A DNA stretch of 64,000 nt from Oikopleura dioica (GCA_907165135.1 OU015569.1:992001-1056000), one strand, 5' to 3'. Positions 23,648 through 35,831 are shown, counted from the stretch's first letter. Program-made: numbers and translations. The notes: generated by a model from the letters alone, not told the origin.

Positions 23648-25374
23648 ATGAATCGTTCGCTTCTCCGGCTAAAAGTCCTTGCCGTGTCTTCCGTCGGGTA
23701 CCTATCATTCGTCCACAGAGAAAACTCACTAAAACAGAATCGTGTAGAAGCGAAGAGCGAAGGCAGCACGAACGTCAAATTCATTTGTCAAAAGTGCGAC
23801 GAGTACTGGCGCATTGTCAACGTGGAGCAGCTCTTCGAATTCATTTCCGCGTACAGCGAGCTTGACGATGCGGGTGTTCAGTGGCGTCTTGCGCGTGCCT
23901 TCCGTGAATATGCACTCAAGTTCCCGTCCGAGGCGAAAAAGCTCATCCCACTTGCATACGAAGCAGCTGCCCGGGCAGTCGAGCTTGAGCCAAACAACTG
24001 GGCGGCGCACAAGTGGATGGGCATTCTTCTCAGCGACTTCGCCGAGCAACAAGGGACCCGAACACTCTTACAAGAGTCGCTCAGGATAAAGAGCACTTTG
24101 AGCGGAGCATATCGCTTCATAACGACTCTACCGCGATGTATTGCCTTGGAATGTGGTATTTCCAGTTTACGGAAGTGAGTTGGTACAAGCGTAAAATCGC
24201 CGCGGCTTATTATCGTGTCGCTGGTACGTCTAGTTGTACTGTCGTTAAAGAAATGACGCATGATCGTAGTACCACAGGCGTCGTACGAGGAAGCCCTTAG
24301 CTGGTTTGAGCGAGCAGAGGAAAATGAGCCCATGTTCTTCGACAAGAATCATTTGATGCTCGCAAAGATTGAGTTCTCAAAACAGACTTAGACAAAAGGC
24401 TTTTTCGACATCCTATGAAAATAGCTATTGAACTCTCAAGATAGTGCTACATCAAACTAGGCCAGAAAGAGAAGGCGCTAAATCACTCTCAAGTTAGTGG
24501 ATTTTTGCGTTCTCTCCTCGAGGAATGTCTTTAGATTGTGACTGACTGGCCAAAAGTAGCCATGACGAGAACGCATTCCAAGAAGCGCTTAAGGGACCTG
24601 GGCGAGCAGCGCGGAGCCGAACTTCACGGGCTCGCAGCTTATCTTAGAAGTGAGATTTTTAAGAATTTCTTTTTGCAAATCATATCTACAAACATTCAGC
24701 TTTCTCTACCTTTTTTCAGAATTTTTCTATCATTACCGGTTGATGAACTAGAGAGAAAAAGAGAAGAGCAACTTCAAAAGGCATCAAGTCCTGCAAACTT
24801 AATTTTATCTTCCTGAAACTAGCACCATTGAAAAGCCCGTTTAATTCTGCACAGATTCCACCTAATGCGCAAATACGGGACAGTACCTATTGGCGATAGA
24901 GGCTAGATAAACAAGATAACTGAGCGCGCACTCAGCGGGAATCATGTCCAGGAAGACCAAAATAGCTTCATCAGAGCGTCCTACTGCGCCGCGACCAGCT
25001 GAGCGCGCTAAGAAACTTTGTTTATTTGGCGTTACTTGGCGATAAGTACGTATTTAGCTTTGCGCATTAGGTGGAATCTGTGCAGAATTAAACGGGCGTT
25101 TCAATGGTGCTAGTTTCAGGAAGATAAAATTTAGTTTGCAGGACTTGATGCCTTTTGAAGTTGCTCTTCTCTTTTTCTCTCTAGTTCATCAACCGGTAAT
25201 GATAGAGAAATTCTGAAAAAAGGTAGAGAAAGCTAAATGTTTGTAGATATGATTTGCAAAAAGAAATTCTTAAAAATCTTACTTCTAAGATAAGCTACGA
25301 GCCCGTGAAGTTTGGCTCCGCGCTGCTCGCCCAGGTCCCTTAAATTCGTCGCGCAATTATCTAGCACTAAATAG
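23648..25374 (+). CDS. RMDN1: Regulator of microtubule dynamics family protein; last exon split by a MITE
   Basis: WRLARA, NWAAHKWMGI, KEHFERSI, YEEALSWFERAE, KNHLMLAK; apparent 1-nt deletions at 24088 and 24552; TTAA element at 24593-25339 inside the terminal exon. Confidence 0.8.
24593..25339. mobile_element. TTAA-specific long-palindrome MITE with GG termini (Kolobok-like)
   Basis: TTAA at 24589-24592 and 25340-25343; ~300-bp TIRs starting GGGACCTGGGCGAGCAGCGCGGAGCC. Confidence 0.9.
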
Positions 25375-25507
25375 CTTCTGAATTATTCTTCTCATTTCTT
25401 TCTGACCACTACGTACCACACTAACAATTCAAGTTGCGAGCTGCTTGTTCAACTATCTGGCTCCAACTATCTTTCATAAATGATAATTAAATGTGTGTCT
25501 GATTGAG

Positions 25508-26425
25508 ATGAATCGGCTGAAATTGATCGAAAAGTACGCTCGGGTATGGAACACTGCTCCTTGGGCAGAGAGGCTAATGTGGAGACAGCAAGAAATGCAT
25601 TACATGTGGAATTCGGAACACGCATACGATGGAGGCGCATTCTACCGCCAAATGTCCAAGTTCACTGAGCGGTAACAAGCACTGATTCGTAATTGCGCGT
25701 ATTAAGTATTTAAAGGTGTAACCCGGAGCGCAAAGAAGACACCTGGGGCCATTACCATCCCGCTACCCAAGAACGAGACGAGAATGGGTCTGAAACATGC
25801 GCCGTGTGTGAACTGCTCTAAAAATATTTCAGATGCCGACTGTTCGAAATGACCAAGAAACTGCCAAATTACGGTGTTGGCCGACTCGTGTACAACGCAT
25901 ACGAGCGCACCAACAACTCGCTTAATTACGAGCGCCTAAACGGAACACTTACTCAATCTGATGGGTCAACAGCGCCGCGAATTCCCGACACTATGTGGGT
26001 ACGTATTTAATCCATTAATTCATTCATAACCGTCCCGATTTAATCAAAATTACACAATAGTAACTATTCTTTAGCTAATCACTCGAGCTTGGTACGACTG
26101 GAATACGCCCAACACTGACCAAGTGACGAAACAGAGCCATCTTGGTAATTTTGGCTACGCATATGGAATAGTCTTTCACTACGGTGAGACCGATGGCCTC
26201 GAACGAGAATTCGTCGATCATAATTTATCCGGCTGGCGTATAGTCCCCCGCGAGTTCGAGGAAAAATACTTGGAAGCCGACTTCGAAGTTCATGTTCCAC
26301 AAGATTCTAGTGACGTTGATGTTCCTCCTGTTATTAAAGAGCGATTATTATTTGAGGAAGCTGTTAAAACGGGCGTGCCTGAAAATCGTCTTTCCGTAGA
26401 CAAATTAAAACTGCACAAAAACTAG
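25508..26425 (+). CDS. MRPS34: Mitochondrial ribosomal protein S34 (mS34)
   Basis: CRLFEMTKKLPNYGVGRLV, GYAYGIVFHYG, GWRIVPREFEE resemble mS34 motifs LPxFGLGRLV, GKAWG, WRLVP; exon boundaries approximate. Confidence 0.7.
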
Positions 26426-26472
26426 ATTCTGTCAATTCCCGAATTATAAATGAAGATGTTTTCTATTCAGAC

Positions 26473-29448
26473 ATGGGGTTGACGACTCAGCACTTAAAAT
26501 ACCACCCGGTGGGTGTTTTTGGGCTTGTTACTTCTGGCCGTTGTCCTCCGGTTTTTATCTCCCCGCGCGTTGTCGCCTGCGCATGTGTCGAAAACGTCTT
26601 GCTCTGGAATGTCGTGACAGGACAGCGTGTTGCGCTGTTACGTGGCGAGACTTCCCCGTCACTCACATTGCCCTTCGACCGGGTAACACCGTGTTGGCTG
26701 TCGGCTATCAGGATGGCAGTGTTGGCATGTTTGATTTGGACAGCGGCGATCGCACCGTCCTTCTTCATGGACATAAAAGGGCAATCCAAACATTGGTCTG
26801 GAATTCTTCTGGGACAAGACTTGCGTCAGGGTCTCTCGATACCGAAATTATTGTTTGGGATGCAGTGGAAGAGTCGGGCTTGTACAGGTTAGGGTTGAGC
26901 AGCTTCAGTTAACTCGAGATTGTTAAATCTGTCTTTCAACCCCTCAAAGACTTCGTGGTCACAAAGAGAAAGTGAACTCAGTTTCATTCTTGAGCAAGCC
27001 TGGAGAAGAAAAAGAGCGTTTTCTCATCTCGGTGAGTTCCGACCGAATGATCAAAATTTGGGACCTGGATACGCAACATTGTCAAGTCTCCAATATTCAT
27101 CACAAAGCACAGATAAACACGATGGTGCTGATGTCTGACTTGGTCATCTGCGCGTCCGATGATGCTACTCTTCGCTTTTTCAAAATCACGTGGCAAAGTG
27201 ATGATGAAAAGCGCTTCGAAGATGGCGCGGAGCTGAAACTTGATTATTTCGGCAGTACGAACAGGAGTGCCACGGACAAAACGACATTTCTGACAGTGTC
27301 GAAAAACTTGCTCGTTGCACACGGACTCAAGAACGTCATCGACATCTGGAAGCTTAATGATGCTGCTGAAGCACGAAAACGACAAAAGAAACGAGTGAAA
27401 AAAGCGAAGCGCAAAATAGAGGCATCGGAAAATGGAGAAGCATCGTCAGAAATAATCGTAAATGAAGATGAAACGATTGAAGATCGACTTGGTAATAATG
27501 TATCGCACAAGTCCGGTGGCAAGCTGCGCGGTCTCTCAGTTATCCACGCTTCAGCGCAAGAAATAAAGATCGTTGCGCAGCACACCTCAAACCAACTTCA
27601 AATGCACTCGTTGAGGAGCGATGTATTCCTCGTCGAGAACCTTGGAAAGCTAACCCTAGCTGGACATCGAGATAGTCCACTAGCCGTCACATTCTCTTCC
27701 GATAACCGTGCTATTCTTACGGGAAGCAACGATTGCGTGAAAGTATGGTCAGTAGAAACATGTAAGCCTGTGAGAACCGTGGAGACTGAACCAGTGACTA
27801 CCGTTGCTTATGTACGGGGCGATAGACAAGCACTTATTGGTACAAAAACTGGAAAGCTTCTTCTAGTTGATATTGCTTCTGCCGATATTCTAGAGGAGAA
27901 GGAAGCGCACGAAGGAGAAATTTGGCAAATAAAATCATCTAAACAGTAAGGAATCTTTTCAGTCCCCCAGTTAATTTAAAAACTTCAGAGATTGGGCTAC
28001 AGTTGGAACAGATGGGCAGATGAAACTGTGGAAATTGGATTTCAAGAAAGACACACTCACGCTCAAGCATACAAAAACCCTTCAGCTGAAAGAAAGCATC
28101 CTTGGAATTGAATTTACCAAGGATAAAAAGTTCATCGCTGTCGCGCTGATCGATAGCACCGTGAAAGTTTTCTACAGAGACACGCTCAAGTTCTGGAACT
28201 CCATGTACGGCCACAGGTAAATCATTCAGCTCCTTGTTAAGTCATTTGCAAATCGAAATTTAAGTTTACCAGTCAATTGTTTGGCCGCTTCGGATGATTC
28301 AACCTTGATGGCGACCGGATCCGCAGATAGAACTGTGAAAATATGGGGCATGGATTTCGCCGACTGCCACAAATCATTTGTCGCTCATGAAAAAGGCGTC
28401 GTCTCGGTTTCATGGGTCGTTGACACTCATCTTTTTTTCTCGATGGGCAAGGATGGTTTTATCAAACAGTGGGATGCGGACGGATTCCGACTTATTCAGA
28501 TTCTTTCCGGACATCAAGATGAGATTAACATGGGTTTGGTGTCCTATAATGGCGATATGGTCTGCTCCGTGGGTAAAGACAAGTCTATCAGACTGTGGGA
28601 ACGAAGCGAAGAGGTCGTCGTTCTTGAAGATGAGGAACGAAAGAGAAGAGAGGAGGAGGCAAAGAATGCGTACCAAAGTGGGGAGCAAGACGCCGACACT
28701 GTCATTCCTGGAGTTAACCCAGATGCGGAAGCGGCAGTCGCACAAATTCACCCTGATCTCGCGGCTAACGCTGCTGAGAGACTTATCGATTCGATCGAAA
28801 TCCATTACCAAGGTCAGTGAAACCACAAGAGCTTTCTTTTCACTAATAATAATTCAGAGAAGGTGAAGAACGAAAACGATGCTAAGCATCCCATTTTGGC
28901 ACAGTTGGCGCTCTCAAGTGTTGATTATGTTATCAAAAGTATTAACGAAATTCATCAGCAGGAGTTGGAATCGGCTCTGCTCCTCCTACCGATGCAGTTT
29001 TTAACCGAATTCATGAAGGTGCGTTCCGAATTCTTATACACGAATATATTTCCGTTGTAGATTTGTTGTGATGGAATAGAGCGACGTAAATCGGTGGAAC
29101 GCTTGTCATATACGCTCGCTGCGGTTGAACGACTGTTTTTTACACAATTGACAGCATCATCGAGATACTCACAGCTTTTGGAAAGGTACAGGATTTATTT
29201 TGACAGTCTTTTCTTATGTACCAAGGTGCCGCAAAGTAACGGAGGACTCGCTTTGTGAGTTGAAAGAAGTTGCCGACTTCAACCACGCTGTTTTGAGTCT
29301 ACTACAGAGCAGGTTGGACGATGCTTCCGAAGAAAAACTCTTCGTAGAGGCCGTCGAGAAGAAAAAGAAAAAAGATAAGCGGCGGAAAAAGCAGTTCTCG
29401 TTGTGTAAACTGATGAGTTGTACTAAAATATCTGCCCCTAGAAATTGA
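26473..29448 (+). CDS. WDR3: WD40-repeat SSU processome protein (UTP12/DIP2)
   Basis: MGLTTQHLKY N-terminus, many WD40 repeats, LMATGSADRTVKIWGMDFADCHKSFVAH, Utp12 C-terminal region; one apparent -1 at the C-run 26654-26657; may end at 29604. Confidence 0.92.
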
Positions 29449-29775
29449 CTTTATTATTTTTAGTATGGGAATTCGGAGAAGGGCGGTTGATCGTACCAAA
29501 CGCGTTCGATATTACAAGATTCAGTCGCAACAGTAATTCTTTAATTAATATAAACTCATTAACAATTTACAGGTCGCCGAAACTGCCAAAAGCTGGCGCT
29601 CTAAGGTAATCACCTGGGCGATTACTGAAGCTGGACTTCAATTATACATTCCTTTTAAGCTTACTGTAAGCTTTATTTATTCGGCTTTAGCTTAAGTCTT
29701 CTGTGCTGTTATTCTCAAGATGAATCGCATTTATTATCAATGAATGGTGTTTATAAGTCGGTATTATCTTTTAGA

Positions 29776-30526
29776 ATGGGCAACGAAAGTTCGAAGAAAG
29801 GCATTCCTCCTCCTGAGAAATCTGGCTATCCTACACAAGGAGGTGCTTCCTATCCCAGTCAAGGAGGTTCTTCGTATCCTTCTCAAGAGAAAAAGTCACC
29901 CCAAGGATATCCAGGAGCCCCTGTTCCACCTGGGCAAGCAGTCCAACCTCCTCACTATCCAAATCAACCGGCTTATCCTCCAGCACCACATCAAGGATAC
30001 CCGCCTTCTGCAGGTGCAAATGCACCACCTCCACCATATGCTCCTCCTGGAGCTCCACAGGTACAGAAAGCAGCGATTTTATATAGAAAACTTACCTTAA
30101 TTTCAGCATTATCCGCCCGTTCCTCATCAAAACCCTGGATATCCACCGGCACAAGGAATGTACCCGCCTCATGGAGCCCCTTCGCCGCAGCATTTTCAAC
30201 AAGGAGGTGTTGGTTATCAGGTCATACCGGGACAGTTTCAGCCTGGACAACAAGTAATCGTCAACGGTAAAAGAATTTGGATCATTTCCTTGTCGTTATT
30301 GAATACATAGGTGGCTTTGATGCGGGTGCACGATTCAATGGAAACGCGTCTATCCCCCCACCACCTCCTGGATGTGCTCCAAACGCAGCTCAGGTAATCT
30401 TGAACTGTTTTTTGTTTCTCACACAGATCTAAGGTGGCCCAGGCGCAAGGTGCAAACGTTCAAATAAGTCAGAAAAAGGATAATTTCGTCACCGGTGGAG
30501 GCGGCGGTGGCTATACCATGTGGTGA
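29776..30526 (+). CDS. DAZAP2: DAZ-associated protein 2-like proline-rich protein
   Basis: P/Y/Q-rich body with PPPY; C-terminus FDAGARF...IPPPPPGCAPNAAQ...QKKDNFVTGGGGGGYTMW* is typical of DAZAP2. Confidence 0.85.
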
Positions 30527-30735
30527 ATGTGACTTCTTTTGTAAATACACTTCCCAATTTATGATACGAACTAAAATGCCTTTTACTCAGTCCATGTCAT
30601 TCAAAAATTAATCATTGACCTCACTTCTTCCCGATCTGTTCCAATTCATTCGTTGTTGTTATTCTTCTACAAATTCCTCTACCCTTCACTTCAGTCTCGC
30701 TAAATTATGGCATGTTATAGAAAGTTACAGACGAA

Positions 30736-31693
30736 ATGCGGACTCGAAGTGCCAATGGCATAAAGCGTGCTGCTTCAAGCATTCCGGCTGCGAACATTCC
30801 GAAAGTCGCCGGAAAGAAACAGAAAATAAAGAAAGCAGATGTTGACGCTGTTATTCCTGAGGCGACTAAGAGCTTCACTCCCGTAGTTCCTCCTCCTACA
30901 GTTCCAACGAATACAAAGAAAGGAGCAAAGAAGACGACTGACATCAGCCCCCGGAGAACTGGGAGGTGCTCTACCGAAACATTCAGGAGATGCGAAGCAA
31001 AGCCGACGCCCCTGTTGACACAATGGGTTGCACCGAGCTGTACTCTGGCAAAGCGACTGCGGTTGAGAAGCGCTTTCAAATTTTGATTTCACTTTTGATG
31101 AGCTCGCAGACTAAAGATGAAGTCAACGCCGGAGCGATGAAGCGACTCAATGAGCACTTCAAATCCTTTAGCGCAGAGGACGCTGCTACAGCGAACGAGT
31201 CACTTCTTTCTGAGCTCATCACTCCAGTTGGATTCCACAAAACCAAATCCAAGAATATCGTCAAAGTTGGCGCAATCTGCCGAGATCAATACGGCGGTGA
31301 TATTCCTGACACAATCGGTAATTCTAAAAGTCAGGCTGGATATTAACGTATTTTTATGTAGAAAATCTCGTCAAGCTTCCGGGTATCGGCCCGAAGATGG
31401 GCTACTTAGCGCTCAGCTGTGCGTGGGGAAAGAACGACGGAATCGGTGTTGACGTTCACGTCCATCGCATTTGCCAGCGTCTCTGCTTCACGAAAAAGCC
31501 AAAGGACCCCGAAGCCACTCGCGCTCAGCTAGAGTCCTGGCTTCCCAAAGACAAGTGGCAAGAAATCAACAAACTCCTTGTCGGCTTCGGGCAGCAAATT
31601 TGCTCCGCCAAGGCGCCTCAATGCTCCAACTGCCTCAACAACGCTATCTGCCCCAAGAATTTCTCTGGAGAGAAAAATTCTCCCAAGAAATAA
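30736..31693 (+). CDS. NTHL1: Endonuclease III-like DNA glycosylase
   Basis: [18 protein letters not shown], Hh[19 protein letters not shown], 4Fe-4S motif [17 protein letters not shown]; apparent -1 at the C-run 30948-30952. Confidence 0.93.
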
Positions 31694-31741
31694 ACGGAAA
31701 AGTCTAGGTCGAGCTGACTTTTATCATTTTTAGAAGGAATA

Positions 31742-32084
31742 ATGGTGAAGGATATCGTCGACCAGGCTATCGCCGCCAATAAGGTGATGGTTTTCTCAAA
31801 GACCTACTGTCCTTTCTGCACCAAGGCCAAGGACGCCCTGAAGAGCGTCGGTGCCTCTTTTGAAGTCATGGAGATTGAAAACCGAAGCGGTAAGATTAGA
31901 TGCATTCTTTGAACAAATTTCCTACTAATTTTTAGACATGGATGCCATCCAGGACTACCTGAAGGAGCTGACTGGCGCTCGATCAGTTCCACGCGTCTTC
32001 GTCAATGGCAAGTTCTACGGCGGTGGGGACGACACCTCCGCTGGTGCTGCCAATGGCGATCTCGCCAAGAAGATTGCCGAATAA
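31742..32084 (+). CDS. GLRX: Dithiol glutaredoxin (2 exons)
   Basis: VMVFSKTYCPFC, ARSVPRVFVNGKFYGGGDD. Confidence 0.9.
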
Positions 32085-32195
32085 GTGTTATTATTGTTTA
32101 GCCAAAAAATTAGCCTGACGTACTACTCGTGCTACAATTAATGTTCTTTTCTTTAAGAAATTGTCTCATCTCTTTCTTCATTTTAGAAACTTCTG

Positions 32196-33146
32196 ATGGT
32201 AATACGCACGTTTCTTCCGTTTGTCGGGTCTGTTTGCGCTGCAAAGGGCCTACAAAAGTACCTTGCTCAGCCGAAGCTGAAAGTCGCAGCAAAAGAAGAG
32301 ACGGAGAAGGCCGACTGGGATTACAACTGGGATCACCGGCATCCTCAGGCCGATTGGACTGACGAAATGAAGGAAAAATACAAAGTGAAGAAGACAAGAC
32401 ATGTGTACTTGATCCGACATGGGCAGTACATGGACGGCGAGAAAGACGCAGATCGCGTGCTCAGCGAGAAAGGTCGCGAGCAAGCTCGCCTCTGCGGGGA
32501 GTACCTGAAGGCTTCTGGAATTAAACCGACACAATTCGTTCATTCTACAATGACCAGAGCGACTGAAACTGCCAATATCATAAACTCGGTGCTGCAAGTC
32601 GATTGCAAAGTTGAGGTAGTCATCAAAAGCTGCGTTCTCTTCCTTGATTTCATTTCTTTCAGAGTTCCGATCTGATCAGAGAAGGTTGCCCTATCGAGCC
32701 CTCTCCTCCACTCAAAGGCTACCCTGAAAAGGTACGAGCTTACAGTACCTCGCTTGAGCGTTACTATTTTTCAGCCATGGACCGAGTACAAAGAATCTGC
32801 AGCTATCGAAGCCGGCTTCCGTAAATTCATTCGCCGTGCCAAGCCTTCTAGCGAGGAGAACGAGGCGGCCGTGATTGTCTGCCACGGAAACGTGATCCGA
32901 TACTTTTTTTGCCGTGGACTTCAGTTGCCTCCATCTGCATGGCTTCATCTCTCAGTTTCGCACTGTTCAGTTACTCAGGAACAGATAAAACACTTCTCTT
33001 ATCTTTTCAAAACAAGAGCTCTTGGAAAGACGTGTTTTATCTCTTACAAGATGCACATGAGACCCAGCGGTACAGTTGGAAGCCGAGCAGTTGGCAACAA
33101 CAGTTTTTTGCCCAGAAAATATGTCACATTCACAAACAGAGAGTAA
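32196..33146 (+). CDS. PGAM5: Mitochondrial Ser/Thr phosphatase PGAM5
   Basis: WDYNWD motif, LIRHGQY, STMTRATET, VCHGNVIRYFFCRGLQLPP; two GT-AG introns plus one GA-AG intron at 32979-33050. Confidence 0.93.
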
Positions 33147-33492
33147 TTAATTCTAGACATTTCTTTCACAATCTCTGCCGCATATATTTCTTTTCAAGTT
33201 CAATAAATACCTATCATTGATAGGCTATCAAGATATAAAATTTTAAAAGGAAAGGGTGGATAACTCTTCTCTTTCTATACTCTTTATTTTATTTCAATCT
33301 TATCATCGAGAATTCAGTCTAAGAACAGTGAAAAGCCCTAAATCCGGTGTTATTTACTGTTATTTAACTTTTCAGTTCATTAAATTCAATAAAAAAGTTT
33401 TGATAAGATTCCAAATTGGTGTTTTTTAATCTTAGAAAATAAACAAAATTTGCTTTCTACTGTCGTCGGACAAAAAAAAAGGGAAAAAGTTT

Positions 33493-33565
33493 TGACCACG
33501 ATGGGACTCGAACCCACAACTTCCTGATTCGAAGTCAGACGCCATATCCATTAGGCCACGCGGCC
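33493..33565 (-). tRNA. tRNA-Arg (anticodon TCG)
   Basis: Reverse strand GGCCGCGTGGCCTAATGGATATGGCGTCTGACTTCGAATCAGGAAGTTGTGGGTTCGAGTCCCATCGTGGTCA folds as a cloverleaf with A/B boxes; T-runs downstream. Confidence 0.95.
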
Positions 33566-34239
33566 GGCCAACACCTGGCCTTTGACGCTCAATTTTATAT
33601 CACAAGTATTATATATTGAACTTTTCTCAAGTAATTTTGCATCTTTTTTTATCAGCATGCAGTGTGCAAATCAGATAGATTGACTTGTCAAAGATGCAGG
33701 GGGAAAGTAATGGAAGGCAGACATGAGAAGTACACAAAGAAACGAAGCCAGTGGCCCCTTTCACAAGTACTCTCGAAGTTAACACCTCCGATCTTCCTTT
33801 TAAACCTGACCGACCCGGGCATCAGAGTCATTCCTTTTTCTTTTCCAAACCCTTTTTTTCTTCAATGCCAGAGCCAGCGAAGCCGCCACGAAAAGGTTCG
33901 TCCAAGAATTGCTCCAAGGAGTCGAGTGAAGCTACGCAGGAAATGGTGACTTTGATGCTACTTTGAGAATAGTAAAGCGGGAAATGAAGCCCGTCGTAAG
34001 GGGACTTGAGATTTGTGATTTTTGTCAAGTAGCATTCGCCACCTAAATTAGCCAGCAGGAGCCGCTTCGCCCTTTCAAAGAGCCCAGCACCGCACCAGTT
34101 TCAGGTAGCGTAACTTTCTCCTCTACCGGGAGTCAAAGTGATTTAAGCATGTCCAGATCCAACAAGTTAGACTCGCCGAAAATGAACAAGAAGAACTTGA
34201 GAGGTATTTGAAAGCCAAAGAGTGTCAAAATAGCTAAAT

Positions 34240-35831
34240 TTTAACCGAGAATTCGACGGAACGGAAAGTGCAAAACAATATGATGTCGGTCTCCTGCGCA
34301 GAGGATCCGTCCGACTGAAGAGAGCATTTAGGTAACGGAAGAAGATATGGTGCCACTGAAAGTCTTCCCTTTTAGCCAGAAGAAAACAGTCCACCTGGAT
34401 GCGCCCGTGTCTGGCTGGTGCAAATTCAAGAGCCTTTTTGGAGTTACCAAGCACGTTTCAACCATTCCAGGTGAGTGGACTTTTTGAAATGAAAGAAATA
34501 TCTTCAAATCATAGGACATTCCGACTACCTCGCCTACCGAACAACATCGCAGCTCAAGAAGATCGAATCCTCTTATTGATACTGACTCTTATTGTGACAC
34601 TCCCTCCGAATTTATCCGAATAAAAATGATGAAATTATCCTCAGCTTTGATTAATTCCATTCGTGAGCATTTGAATAAAGCATGAAAGTTGCTTGGTAAA
34701 TCTCTTTATCTTGATTTCCGCGAGCAAGGAAGACCTCGAGGGTAGACGAGTCGAATCTGCCGCCTCCGTTGATTTCCACGCTGCCGAGCGAGAGTCAGAG
34801 CCTGATTTTTATTTCCCAGAATTGCTCAAGAGAAACCAAAATTGGAGTCACCAAAATGAAGATTTCCCTCGGTAAGACCGGTCAGTTCTTCTTCGAGAAA
34901 GATCATTCGCGTTTTCAGCTCTCATCGCCAGCTCATTTGGCCAAGATCTCGCGACTGCCGGCAATTCATCTGCTACCGAGGCTCCGGTAGTTTCTTATAC
35001 TGAGTAAGAATCAAAGAGTTTTCAACAACTCTAATTGTTCTTTTTTTGCAGGGCCGTTTCTCTCCTCAACGATGGGAGCAACAATGGCACCAGCGCTGTG
35101 CTAAGAAATGGCGAAACAGGTGAAGTCGAGTTACAAGTCAGCTGATTTCAACTTTATTTCAACTTTAGAAGAATGCGTCAAAGGGGCCTGGGGAAAGGAT
35201 TGTTTCAATAACTGCAACTGTGGCGAAAATGGATGCGATAAAAACACGGGCGTTTGCGATGGGGACGTGGGAGTATGCCCTGATCATTACACAGGTATTC
35301 GAGTATCCGAAGAGAACGAGAAAATGGATTCTGAGTTCTAGGGCCGAGATGCGACGAGCCCGTCTGCAACGATTTCTGCGCTGGGCCTGGAAGCATTTGC
35401 GTCGCTCCCCACCGCTGCGTCTGCGCCGGCCACTACACGCAGGGCTCGTATAAGCTTTCTGACGTGAAGGATGCCAGCACCGGCGAACCTTACACTATGT
35501 ACTACTGCTCGTCCAACAGAGGCGACGGCTTGAAAGGTACTCGCAAAAGGAAACAACAGAGGTGGATTTATTTTAGGCGCGTTTGCGTCCCTTTTGATCC
35601 TGATTGTTTCGATATCGCTGTGTGCCTTTGTCCAGACGAACGCGACTGGGCGAGATCGCAGGAAGCAGTACGAGTATATCGCCGAAACGGAGCAGTAGCC
35701 TTTCTTTCTGATCCTTCACCCCAAAATATTATTCTTTTCGCTGGAATACATCACAATAAGCACTTATATTCCTCATTCTGGAGTAATCGCTTTCTGACAG
35801 CAATAAATCAAGTCCAGCGGACGTGTGTTAA
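34240..35831 (+). CDS. Single-pass membrane protein with EGF/laminin-type repeats
   Basis: Spliced exons give CVKGAWGKDCFNNCNCGENGCDKNTGVC...GPRCDEPVC...CVAPHRCVC, then TM AFASLLILIVSISLCAFV and a short tail; 5' exons unresolved. Confidence 0.6.
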
